The translations under genes and the position numbers were made by a program. Below the pieces are notes generated by a model. The model saw nothing but the letters and a program-made list of their open reading frames with translations. It was not told the origin of the DNA and did no database searches. Below, piece by piece: positions 9,797-18,928 of a stretch of DNA of 64,000 nucleotides; position 1 is the first letter of the stretch; the number at the start of each line of letters is the position of its first letter. Where the stretch lies: positions 4,400,053-4,464,052 of the forward strand of contig NZ_CP183977.1 of NCBI RefSeq assembly GCF_049913135.1, read 5' to 3'. The DNA is from Pedobacter sp. R-06. Its GTDB lineage: Bacteria; Bacteroidota; Bacteroidia; Sphingobacteriales; Sphingobacteriaceae.

Positions 9797-11038
9797 ATGA
9801 ATAGCACTACTCGCTTCAAACTCTCTGCCATGATGTTCCTGGAATTTTTTATCTGGGGCGCCTGGTTTGTAACACTTGGAACTTTCTTAGGAAACAACCT
9901 TAAAGCCACGGGCTCAGAAACCGGAGCTGTATTTTCAACTCAATCCTGGGGGGCCATCATTGCTCCTTTTATTGTAGGTTTAATTGCCGACAGATATTTT
10001 AACGCTGAAAGAATTTTAGGTGTGTTACACATTATTGGTGCAGTATTAATGTATCAAATGTACAATGCTACTGATGTAAGTGTTTTTTACCCATATGTAT
10101 TGGGTTACATGATCCTTTTTATGCCAACTTTAGCTTTGGTTAACTCAGTTTCTTTCAATCAAATGAAAGATCCGGAGAAAGAGTTTTCATCAATCCGCAT
10201 CTGGGGTACCTTAGGCTGGATTGCTGCAGGTTTATTAATCAGTTATTTTTTCCATTGGGATTCAAAAGAAGGCACAGAAGCTGGCTTATTGAAAAATACT
10301 TTCTTAATGGCTGGTATAGTATCTTTAGCTTTAGGTTTATTCAGCTTTACCTTACCAAAAACTCCACCTAAAGTATCTTCAGATGAAAAAATTACCGTTT
10401 CTGATGTATTAGGTCTTGATGCTTTAAAACTTTTGAAAGACAGAAATTTCTTGATTTTCTTTATTTCATCTATTTTGATCTGTATCCCTCTGGCTTTTTA
10501 CTACCAAAATGCAAATCCATTCCTTTCAAATATCGGCATGGATAACCCTACAGGAAAAATGACTATTGGTCAGGCTTCAGAAGTTATTTTCTTATTATTT
10601 ATCCCAGTATTCTTTAAAAGATTCGGTTTTAAAATGACCATATTGGTGGGCATGCTGGCTTGGGCAGTACGTTATGCATTATTTGCTTACGGTAACGCAG
10701 GCGAACTGAGTTTTATGCTAATTTTGGGAATTGCGTTACACGGTGTTTGCTACGATTTCTTTTTCGTTTCAGGACAGATTTATACCAACTCTAAAGCTGG
10801 CGAGCGTTTCAAAAGTTCAGCCCAAGGCTTAATTACCTTAGCTACTTATGGCGTAGGAATGTTAATTGGATTTGCTGTAGCAGGTAAAATTTCTGACGCC
10901 TACAAAGCAGCAGATGGCGTGATGGACTGGAAAATGATCTGGATTATCCCAGCGGGAATTGCATTAGTGGTATTTTTATTATTTGCATTGGTTTTCAACG
11001 ATAAATCCAAAGCTGAAATAGAACCTAAAACTGTTTAA
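9797..11038 (+). CDS. MFS transporter, nucleoside:H+ symporter (NHS/NupG-like) family
   Basis: 413 aa with about 12 predicted TM helices. N-terminus FKLSAMMFLEFFIWGAWFVTLGTFL is typical of the NHS family. Confidence 0.7.
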   Translation: MNSTTRFKLSAMMFLEFFIWGAWFVTLGTFLGNNLKATGSETGAVFSTQSWGAIIAPFIVGLIADRYFNAERILGVLHIIGAVLMYQMYNATDVSVFYPYVLGYMILFMPTLALVNSVSFNQMKDPEKEFSSIRIWGTLGWIAAGLLISYFFHWDSKEGTEAGLLKNTFLMAGIVSLALGLFSFTLPKTPPKVSSDEKITVSDVLGLDALKLLKDRNFLIFFISSILICIPLAFYYQNANPFLSNIGMDNPTGKMTIGQASEVIFLLFIPVFFKRFGFKMTILVGMLAWAVRYALFAYGNAGELSFMLILGIALHGVCYDFFFVSGQIYTNSKAGERFKSSAQGLITLATYGVGMLIGFAVAGKISDAYKAADGVMDWKMIWIIPAGIALVVFLLFALVFNDKSKAEIEPKTV

Positions 11039-11039
11039 T

Positions 11040-11930
11040 ATGGCGTCGAACGTAAATAGAAGAAATGCTTTAAAGAACATCATCGCAGGAACTGCTGCAA
11101 TTGGTGTTTCTTCAGGATTTTCAGCATTAGCAATGGATAAATCAGAATCAGATCAGCCACTAAGGCTAAAAGGAAATATTAATCATGCCGTTTGTCGTTG
11201 GTGTTTTAGCAGTTTAGATGTAGAAACACTTTGTGTTGAAGCTAAAAAGATAGGCATTAAAGGCATTGATTTAGTTGGACCAAAAGATTGGCCGACTTTA
11301 AAAAAACACGGCTTAGAATCGACCATGTGCAATGGTGCGGAGATTAATTTAGTAGATGGTTTTAACGATGAAAAATTCCACGAAAAGTTAATTCAAAACT
11401 ATACCGCAATGATTCCACTCGTTGCCGAAGCAGGTTACAAAAATCTAATCTGTTTTAGTGGAAACCGCCGTGGTAAAGATGACGAAACAGGCTGGAATAA
11501 TTGCGTTAAAGGGCTGAAACAATTAATCCCATTAGCAGAAAAACACAATGTTGTGCTGGTAATGGAGTTATTAAACAGCAAAATTAACCATAAAGATTAT
11601 CAATGCGACAGAACTTCCTGGGGAGCTGAACTTTGCAAGCGCTTAGGATCTGAAAACTTCAAATTGTTATACGATATCTATCATATGCAGATTGATGAGG
11701 GCGATGTAATTAGAAACATCAGAGATAACCATCAATACATAGCCCATTACCATACCGCTGGTGTTCCGGGCAGAAATGAAATCGATGATACGCAGGAGTT
11801 ATATTATCCTGCAATAATGAAAGCCATTGCCGAAACCGGCTTTAAAGGTTTCGTTGCACAAGAATTTATACCTAAAAATGCAGATAAAATAGCCTCGCTA
11901 AAAAAGGCAGTTTCTATTTGCGACATCTAA
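11040..11930 (+). CDS. hydroxypyruvate-isomerase-like TIM-barrel protein (sugar phosphate isomerase/epimerase) with Tat signal
   Basis: Tat motif NRRNALKNIIAGTAAIGVSS. 296 aa. TIM-barrel metal-ligand pattern (VMELLN, HYHTAG, QEF). Its start overlaps the stop of the MFS gene. Confidence 0.7.
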   Translation: MASNVNRRNALKNIIAGTAAIGVSSGFSALAMDKSESDQPLRLKGNINHAVCRWCFSSLDVETLCVEAKKIGIKGIDLVGPKDWPTLKKHGLESTMCNGAEINLVDGFNDEKFHEKLIQNYTAMIPLVAEAGYKNLICFSGNRRGKDDETGWNNCVKGLKQLIPLAEKHNVVLVMELLNSKINHKDYQCDRTSWGAELCKRLGSENFKLLYDIYHMQIDEGDVIRNIRDNHQYIAHYHTAGVPGRNEIDDTQELYYPAIMKAIAETGFKGFVAQEFIPKNADKIASLKKAVSICDI

Positions 11931-11940
11931 AAATATACCT

Positions 11941-12816
11941 ATGTTATCAAGAAGAAGTTTTATTTTAAACACTAGTATGGCTGCAGCTGCAGCGCTTTTG
12001 GTTCCATCATTTGCTTGTGTGGCTTCCGATAAAAAATCAGTTGGTCTGCAGTTATATTCTTTAAGGGATGAGCTTCCGAAAGATGTAAAAGGAACCATAG
12101 CAAAAGTAGCTAAAGCTGGCTTTAAGGAGGTTGAAACTTATGGTTTCTCTATAAAGGATCAATTTTGGGGATTAACACCAGCTGAATTCAAAAAACTGCT
12201 TGACGAAAACGGATTAACCGCACCAAGTGGCCACTACGGATTAGGCAGCTATTTAACTGATGGAAACACTGAAGAATTAAAAGCAGCAATCGCCGCCGCT
12301 AAAGTTCTTGGAAGCGAATATGTAACCATTCCCTGGTTAGATGAAAGCATTAGAAAAAGTGCCGACGACTACAAAAAAATTGCGGCTAAAATTAATGAAG
12401 CCGGAAAATTGGCAAAAGAAGCTGGTATCAGGCTAGCTTACCACAACCACAATTTTGAATTCGAGAAACAAGGTGATACCACTGGTTACGAAATTTTATT
12501 AAAAGGAACCGATAAAAATCTTGTTGATTTTGAGCTTGATTTATATTGGGTAGTACGTTCAGGAAACGATCCGATCAAACTATTTAAAGAAAATCCAGGC
12601 CGTTTTACCATGTGGCATGTGAAAGATATGGATAAAGCAAATCCAGCATTAAATGCTGAAGTAGGAACAGGTTCTATCAACTTCAAACCTATTTTTGCTG
12701 ATGCCAAACTTTCGGGCATGAAACACTTCTTTATAGAGCATGAAACCAATTACAAACCAAACCCAATGGAATCTGTTACAGCTAGCTGTGCATACATTAA
12801 AAAAGAAATTATTTAA
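11941..12816 (+). CDS. sugar phosphate isomerase/epimerase (xylose-isomerase-like TIM barrel) with Tat signal; paralog 1 of a tandem pair
   Basis: Tat motif SRRSFILNTSMAAAAALL. Conserved AYHNHNFEFEK, LDLYWVVRSGNDP and MWHVKDMDKA motifs shared with 12824..13696 and 961..1866. Confidence 0.75.
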   Translation: MLSRRSFILNTSMAAAAALLVPSFACVASDKKSVGLQLYSLRDELPKDVKGTIAKVAKAGFKEVETYGFSIKDQFWGLTPAEFKKLLDENGLTAPSGHYGLGSYLTDGNTEELKAAIAAAKVLGSEYVTIPWLDESIRKSADDYKKIAAKINEAGKLAKEAGIRLAYHNHNFEFEKQGDTTGYEILLKGTDKNLVDFELDLYWVVRSGNDPIKLFKENPGRFTMWHVKDMDKANPALNAEVGTGSINFKPIFADAKLSGMKHFFIEHETNYKPNPMESVTASCAYIKKEII

Positions 12817-12823
12817 ATTTTAA

Positions 12824-13696
12824 ATGATGAATTCAAGAAGAACTTTCTTAAAACAGGCAGGACTAGCCGCAGGAGCAGCATTATTAATCCCGTCGTTTGC
12901 CTTTGATAAAGCAAGTAAAAATGTTGGTTTGCAATTGTACTCTTTACGTAATGAACTGCCAAAGGATGTAAAAGGCATTATCGAAAAGGTAGCGCAGGCC
13001 GGATACAAAGAAGTAGAAACCTATGGTTTTTCTAACGGAAAATTCTGGGGCATAACACCAAAAGAATTTAAAGCCTTGTTAAATGCAAATGGCTTAAAAG
13101 CACCAAGTGGCCATTATCATATGGATGATTTTGTAAAAACTGGAAAAACAGACAAATTAAAAGCCGATATCGAATCTTCAGCTGCCATTGGCGGTAAATA
13201 TTTTACCATTGCCGGTGCGCATGTAGATATGAGCAAAGGTGTAGATGGCTTTAAGAAAACCGCTAATGATTTTAATAAGGTTGCCGAAATTGCAAAAGCA
13301 TCTGGTTTAAAATTCGCCTACCACAACCACGATTTCGAATTTAAAAAATTAGGTGATACTACTGGTTACGATGTTTACTTAAGCGAAACCGATAAAAATC
13401 TGGTAAATTTCGAATTAGATTTATACTGGGTGGTACGCTCAGGTAACGATCCGTTAGCTTTGTTCAAAAAATATCCAGGCCGTTTTCCAATGTGGCACGT
13501 TAAAGACATGGACAAAGCCAAACCTGAATGGAATACCGAGGTAGGTAAAGGTTCTATTGATTTTAAAAGCATTTTTGCTCAGGCAAAACTTTCAGGCATG
13601 CAACATTTCTTTGTAGAGCACGAAACCAATTACCAACCTGATCCAGTTGGTTCTATCAAAACAAGCTGTGATTATATCAAAGCCAATTTGATTTAA
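12824..13696 (+). CDS. sugar phosphate isomerase/epimerase (xylose-isomerase-like TIM barrel) with Tat signal; paralog 2 of a tandem pair
   Basis: Tat motif NSRRTFLKQAGLAAGAALL. Roughly two-thirds identity to the preceding gene over its full length. Confidence 0.75.
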   Translation: MMNSRRTFLKQAGLAAGAALLIPSFAFDKASKNVGLQLYSLRNELPKDVKGIIEKVAQAGYKEVETYGFSNGKFWGITPKEFKALLNANGLKAPSGHYHMDDFVKTGKTDKLKADIESSAAIGGKYFTIAGAHVDMSKGVDGFKKTANDFNKVAEIAKASGLKFAYHNHDFEFKKLGDTTGYDVYLSETDKNLVNFELDLYWVVRSGNDPLALFKKYPGRFPMWHVKDMDKAKPEWNTEVGKGSIDFKSIFAQAKLSGMQHFFVEHETNYQPDPVGSIKTSCDYIKANLI

Positions 13697-13704
13697 AATT
13701 TATC

Positions 13705-13737
13705 CAAACCTCGCAGTTTAAAATTGCGAGGTTTGGA
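13705..13737 (+). terminator. strong stem-loop (terminator candidate, no clear U-tract)
   Basis: ccaaacctcgcag-tttaaaa-ttgcgaggtttgg, a 12-13 bp stem, 8 bp after the stop at 13696. Confidence 0.4.
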
Positions 13738-13747
13738 CTACGCTTAT

Positions 13748-13791
13748 CGTCATCTCGACTGAAGTGTAGTGAAATGGAGAGATCTATCTCC
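13748..13791 (+). repeat. GTCATCTCGACTGAAG...AATGGAGAGATCTAT repeat (family 1), single unit
   Basis: cgtcatctcgactgaagtgtagtgaaatggagagatctatctcc. Near-identical units occur at 21072-21160 and 29546-29648. Confidence 0.7.
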
Positions 13792-14243
13792 AAAACAGCA
13801 AACCTTCAATTCTTCAACAATATATTTTAGGTTAGACTGCTGATCTGAGTTATCTAAACCTGATAGTAACGGAAAGCCCGTAGCGCAGTGGAGGCTTGAA
13901 GTGGATAGCAGGACTTTCGGAACCGATATACTCAGGAACATGCTTTCCAAACAAAAACATCAAGCAATTCGCTAACGGCGTGTTGAATAGGTTGTCGTTT
14001 ACAAACGATAAAATTGTATAGCTATTAATGCACTCGCTAGGAAACGAGCGCAAACGGCATTAAGACCTCCGAGCCCTTCCTAAATCGAATTACACCTAAT
14101 ATTTCTCACCTTATTTTCTACTGAAAAAGTAAGATTTTAAATATTAAAAGCAAATTTAATTGGTAACAATGGGGATATAAGCTTAATTTTTAGCATATTT
14201 GGGCTTATATCAAATGTTTAATAATATATAATTAAAATTTAAA

Positions 14244-15233
14244 ATGAAAGTAGCAGTAGTAGGTGCCACCGGATTGGTAGGCACTGTCATGTTAAAAGTA
14301 TTGGAGGAAAGAAATTTCCCTTTAACAGAGTTGATTCCCGTAGCATCAGAAAAGAGTGTTGGTAAGGAAATTACTTTTAAGGGTAAGAAGTTCCCAATTG
14401 TTAGCATGGATACTGCAATCAGCATGAAACCAGATATCGCTTTGTTTTCAGCAGGTGGAAATACTTCATTGGAGCATGCTCCACGTTTTAAAGAAGCCGG
14501 AACAACCGTTATCGATAACTCTTCTGCATGGCGAATGGATCCTGCAATTAAATTAATTGTACCGGAAGTTAATGCACACGAACTTTCTATCGACAACAAA
14601 ATCATTGCTAACCCGAACTGTTCTACTATTCAAATGGTGGTGGTTTTAAAACCTTTACACGATAAATACAAAATTAAACGTGTAATCGTTTCTACTTACC
14701 AATCAGTTACCGGTACAGGTGTTAAAGCGGTTGAGCAGCTAATGAACGAACGTAAAGGCATTGATGGTCCTAAAGCTTATCCATACGAAATTGATTTGAA
14801 TGTTCTTCCTCATATCGACGTTTTCACAGATAACGGATATACCAAAGAAGAAATGAAAATGGTTAAGGAAACGAACAAAATCATGAGCGATGATAGCATT
14901 AAAGTTACCGCTACTACAGTTCGTATCCCAGTTATGGGCGGCCACTCAGAGTCAGTAAATATCGAGTTCGAAAATGACTTCGATTTAGCTGAAGTGCGCA
15001 GTATTTTAGAAAAAGCACCAGGCGTTATCGTTATTGATGATGTTGCTAACCTAAAATACCCAATGCCTAAAGATGCACATGAAAAAGATGAAGTTTTTGT
15101 AGGCCGTATCCGTAGAGACGAATCGGCACCTAAAGCTTTAAATCTTTGGATTGTTGCAGATAACTTGCGCAAGGGTGCTGCAACCAATGCCGTTCAGATT
15201 GCCGAATATCTAATTCAGAAAGAATTAGTTTAA
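14244..15233 (+). CDS. asd: aspartate-semialdehyde dehydrogenase
   Basis: N-terminal NAD-binding MKVAVVGATGLVGTVMLKVLEERNFP. 329 aa. Active-site Cys within ANPNCSTIQMVV. Confidence 0.9.
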   Translation: MKVAVVGATGLVGTVMLKVLEERNFPLTELIPVASEKSVGKEITFKGKKFPIVSMDTAISMKPDIALFSAGGNTSLEHAPRFKEAGTTVIDNSSAWRMDPAIKLIVPEVNAHELSIDNKIIANPNCSTIQMVVVLKPLHDKYKIKRVIVSTYQSVTGTGVKAVEQLMNERKGIDGPKAYPYEIDLNVLPHIDVFTDNGYTKEEMKMVKETNKIMSDDSIKVTATTVRIPVMGGHSESVNIEFENDFDLAEVRSILEKAPGVIVIDDVANLKYPMPKDAHEKDEVFVGRIRRDESAPKALNLWIVADNLRKGAATNAVQIAEYLIQKELV

Positions 15234-15248
15234 TCAATAACCTCAAGA

Positions 15249-15286
15249 AAAGTCCTCCGATTTAAAAATCGGGGGACTTTTTTTAT
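15249..15286 (+). terminator. rho-independent terminator
   Basis: agtcctccgatttaaaaatcgggggact hairpin followed by a run of eight T. Confidence 0.75.
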
Positions 15287-15300
15287 ACCCGCTCTCCAAC

Positions 15301-15903
15301 ATGAAACGTATTCCAATCGCTTTAATATATTCCAGGTTACTGATTGGTTTTATAATAATCCTATTGAGCTTTTTCCACGTCAATCACTATTCTTTTTTTG
15401 CAATCACATTATTATCGGTCGGTTTATTAACTGATGTATTCGATGGAATAATAGCCAGAAAACTAGATATCTCCTCCGAAAAGTTAAGACGTTTAGATTC
15501 CAGTATTGATCAGGTGTTTTTTATTTCGGTTGCGGTTGCTACTTATATCCAATGTCCCGATTTTTTCAAAGGCAATTTGGTAAAACTGATTTTTCTTGGT
15601 GCTTTCGAAGTTTCAACCTATGCATTAAGCTATATCAAATTCAGAAAAGAAATCGCTACACATTCAATCGGCGCTAAAATCTGGACGTTGACTATATTTG
15701 CCACTTTGGTCGAAATTATAGTCCATTGTGAATCAGTTATGCTATTTGAACTTTGCCTTTGGGTCGGCCTCGCAACCAGATTAGAAATACTCGCCATCGT
15801 TTTCACCCTAAAAAAATGGACGAATGATGTACCAACCATTTATCATGCTGTAAAATTGAGGCAGGGAAAAGAAATTAAGCGTAATAGGCTATTTAATGGC
15901 TGA
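15301..15903 (+). CDS. CDP-alcohol phosphatidyltransferase family membrane protein (probable)
   Basis: Multi-TM protein of 200 aa. Degenerate DG-x2-AR...D-x3-D motif (DVFDGIIARKLDISSEKLRRLDSSID). Confidence 0.5.
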   Translation: MKRIPIALIYSRLLIGFIIILLSFFHVNHYSFFAITLLSVGLLTDVFDGIIARKLDISSEKLRRLDSSIDQVFFISVAVATYIQCPDFFKGNLVKLIFLGAFEVSTYALSYIKFRKEIATHSIGAKIWTLTIFATLVEIIVHCESVMLFELCLWVGLATRLEILAIVFTLKKWTNDVPTIYHAVKLRQGKEIKRNRLFNG

Positions 15904-15983
15904 TATTTGTAAATATCTTATCATAACAATTATAGCCCTTTAATTAATTTTATCTTTGTTAATCTTCAACGGATAAAATCTCT

Positions 15984-17393
15984 ATGCGATTAAAAATATA
16001 TTCCCTATTGCTCTTAATTTTTGCTGCAAATATTACAATTGCCCAAAACCGAATTCAGAACCTCGAAAAAGCTTTCGATAATTTATTAAATGATGAGCAG
16101 GCAAAACATGCTATTGCTTCTCTTTGTGTTTTAGATGCCAATACGGGCAAAACATTGTATGCCAAAAATGAGCAAATTGGCTTGGCCACTGCTTCAACCT
16201 TAAAAACCATAACTGCAGCCACGGCTTTCAGTATTTTAGGGAAGGATTTTCAGTTTCAAACCACCTTGGCCTATACCGGAACAATTACTACTGATGGAAT
16301 ATTAAAAGGAAACCTGATCATTATTGGCAGTGGCGACCCAACTTTGGGCTCCTGGCGATATCAAAACAAAGAGAATGCTGTTCTAACACAATGGGTTACT
16401 GCAATAAAATCTGCCGGAATCAAAAAAATTGAAGGTACAGTTATTGGGGATGATCGCATTTTCGGTACACAAACAACGCCTGAAGGTTGGGTTTGGCAGG
16501 ATATTGGCAATTATTATGGTGCCGGAACCTCTGGCTTAGCCTGGAGAGAAAATCAATTTGATATTCATTTGAAACCTGGAAGTAGCACAACAGATGAAGT
16601 GAAGATTATAAAAACAGTTCCGGCTACACCTTATGTGCAGATCATAAATGAACTAAAAACTGGAAGTCAAGGTTCTGGCGATAGAAGTTATGCTTTTCTT
16701 CCACCATACAGTAACGTTGCTTACCTCCGCGGAACCTGGGGAATAGGCATTACAAAAACAGGTATTTCTGTAGCCCTCCCCGACCCCGCTTTTGATTGCG
16801 CTTACCGTTTACAGGATACTTTGAAAAGATTGGGTATTTCGACCGGTCAGCAAGCCACAACGGCAAGGTTAATGACCTTAAATAACCAGGTCATTCCTTC
16901 AGTTACACAGAAAATAAGCACCATTAGTTCGCCTAGTTTAAGCGAAATGACCTACTGGTTTTTAAAGAAAAGCATCAATTTATATGGCGAATCACTTTTA
17001 AAAACCATTGCAATAAAATTAGGCAAACCGGGTACAACAAGTAAAGGAGCAGAAACCGAAATCAATTTCTGGGCTGATAAAGGCATTGATAAAACGTCAT
17101 TGAATATTATTGATGGCAGCGGACTTTCTCCAGGCGACCGAATCACAACTTCGGCAATGGCTAATATACTTTTCCAGATCCAGAAAGAAAACTGGTTTGC
17201 AGATTATTATAAGGCCTTACCCGAGTACAACGGTATGAAAATTAAAAGCGGAACAATAAATGATGTTTCAGCATTTGCAGGCTACCATACTGATGCTGCA
17301 GGCAATAAATATGTTATCGTTATTAACATTAATAACTATAGCGGAAGCGGGATTAATAAAAAATTGTTTAAAGTATTAGATGAACTCAAATAA
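15984..17393 (+). CDS. dacB: D-alanyl-D-alanine carboxypeptidase/endopeptidase (PBP4, peptidase S13)
   Basis: Signal peptide. Active-site SxxK motif (ATASTLKTITAATAF). 469 aa. Confidence 0.75.
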   Translation: MRLKIYSLLLLIFAANITIAQNRIQNLEKAFDNLLNDEQAKHAIASLCVLDANTGKTLYAKNEQIGLATASTLKTITAATAFSILGKDFQFQTTLAYTGTITTDGILKGNLIIIGSGDPTLGSWRYQNKENAVLTQWVTAIKSAGIKKIEGTVIGDDRIFGTQTTPEGWVWQDIGNYYGAGTSGLAWRENQFDIHLKPGSSTTDEVKIIKTVPATPYVQIINELKTGSQGSGDRSYAFLPPYSNVAYLRGTWGIGITKTGISVALPDPAFDCAYRLQDTLKRLGISTGQQATTARLMTLNNQVIPSVTQKISTISSPSLSEMTYWFLKKSINLYGESLLKTIAIKLGKPGTTSKGAETEINFWADKGIDKTSLNIIDGSGLSPGDRITTSAMANILFQIQKENWFADYYKALPEYNGMKIKSGTINDVSAFAGYHTDAAGNKYVIVININNYSGSGINKKLFKVLDELK

Positions 17394-17411
17394 AACCAAC
17401 TGATATAAAAT

Positions 17412-17771
17412 ATGGCACATTTTATAAAAAACCTACAAACCGTTGATGGATTGATTTCGAATTTATATAAAGAAGTTTCTATCGAAGAAATGACCAAAAA
17501 AATTACCGATCTCATGGAACAACAAGGCTATAAAGTCTTCGACCATCAATATGGAAATTTAATTTTAGAGAAAGGTAGCCGAACAAAACGGCTTTTACTA
17601 GGCGCATTTGCAACGTATTATAAATTTAGCGTAACCATGTCACCAAATACTGAAAACGAACTTATTGTAAATATTTTTCAGCAGTCGAGTGGTATGTCTG
17701 GAGGTTTAATCGGTATGAATCAGATAAAAACAGAGCTTACAAGATTAAACTTTTTATTCGCGAATATTTAA
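17412..17771 (+). CDS. hypothetical protein
   Basis: 119-aa ORF with protein-like composition. No recognisable motifs. Confidence 0.4.
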   Translation: MAHFIKNLQTVDGLISNLYKEVSIEEMTKKITDLMEQQGYKVFDHQYGNLILEKGSRTKRLLLGAFATYYKFSVTMSPNTENELIVNIFQQSSGMSGGLIGMNQIKTELTRLNFLFANI

Positions 17772-17800
17772 ATAGATCATGTGCATAAGTTGAAATAACT

Positions 17801-18928
17801 TCAACACAAAATACTGTTATTCAAATAATTTCGATTAAACAATATCCAGGCGACAATAACATTCAACGGAATAAGGATTAACCCGAAGCCAAACATGATG
17901 AATACATAAAAAAGGAAAAACAGGCTAAAAACCCATATCAAAAATCCTTTAATCTGTATCGCATTTAACAAAAGCAGGCTTCTAAATAACAGAATCGCAG
18001 AAAAGGCGAATGCGATTAACCCAAACGATGTTAAAATACCGAAGTTGGTAAATATCCAACAGATTTCGGGCAGTAATAAAACGAGATAGTTTAAACAAAA
18101 ACTAAAAAATACCTTCTCTTTAGTAAAAGGAAAATTTGGCAAGAAAGACAAGTATCTATTATTAAAAACCTTTTCCTGATAAATAAGTACAACATGTGCC
18201 ACAACAATACATGAGGTAACGAGTGTCAATAATCTTGAATCATTTTTAAGATCAGCAAAAACCACCAAAACACTCGAAATAAGCACCCACGAAAGTAATT
18301 TGGTAAGCACATACGCCAGCTTAGATTGATTGAAAACCTGAAAACTATATAGCAAAAAAACAGGTTTGTTCCACTTTCTGCCAACCCTGATCAACCAACC
18401 TGGTTTATTGGCCTCAATTAAACGGTTATTTTCTTTTAGACAGATATAAGCACAAGCCATAATTAGAAGCACCTGAAAAAACAAAATCGCTATGGAAATA
18501 AGGTAGAAACCAAATATTAGTCCAATAGTCAATGCATATAGCGTATAACTTAAAACAGGGATAAAAACGTATGCCTGTACAGTAAACCAATTTTTAAGCT
18601 GTTGTTTTTTGCTTAATGCGGTAAAACTATAATACAGAAACCCCTGCTGGGGCAAAGCAAGCTGACTTAAGACATATTTTAAGCTTTTATAAGCATAAAG
18701 TGAGCTTCCTACCAGGTAAAAAGTTAAAATAAGTGGATTACTCACCAAACTAATGGTAAAGAAAAACTGCCAGAAATCAATCTGGTCTGACCGAACCGTG
18801 CCCAGGGTATTGATAAACAAACAATAACTCATCAACATCACAAAGATGAATACCAACATAGCTGCATGTGTACGGTAAAAACCATCTACAAATATTTTCT
18901 TTAAGGCAGTGTTTAAAAGCAACGACAT
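17801..18928 (-). CDS. polytopic membrane protein (putative ABC-2-type permease partner), hypothetical
   Basis: 375 aa, extremely hydrophobic with about 10-12 TM helices. Its start overlaps the stop of the upstream ABC ATPase by 1 nt. AT-rich. Confidence 0.5.
   Translation of the reverse strand: MSLLLNTALKKIFVDGFYRTHAAMLVFIFVMLMSYCLFINTLGTVRSDQIDFWQFFFTISLVSNPLILTFYLVGSSLYAYKSLKYVLSQLALPQQGFLYYSFTALSKKQQLKNWFTVQAYVFIPVLSYTLYALTIGLIFGFYLISIAILFFQVLLIMACAYICLKENNRLIEANKPGWLIRVGRKWNKPVFLLYSFQVFNQSKLAYVLTKLLSWVLISSVLVVFADLKNDSRLLTLVTSCIVVAHVVLIYQEKVFNNRYLSFLPNFPFTKEKVFFSFCLNYLVLLLPEICWIFTNFGILTSFGLIAFAFSAILLFRSLLLLNAIQIKGFLIWVFSLFFLFYVFIMFGFGLILIPLNVIVAWILFNRNYLNNSILC

Noticed and set aside
13750-14053. 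Two overlapping minus-strand ORFs (66 and 67 aa) in the region upstream of asd; also tested as RNase P, tmRNA, SRP RNA, lysine or B12 riboswitch
   Set aside because: The ORFs are low-complexity with no ribosome-binding-site (RBS) context. None of the conserved RNA landmarks (GGAAAGUCCGGGCUCC, GCCACUG B12 box, tmRNA termini, GGAAGCAGCC) are present. Left as an unexplained non-coding region.
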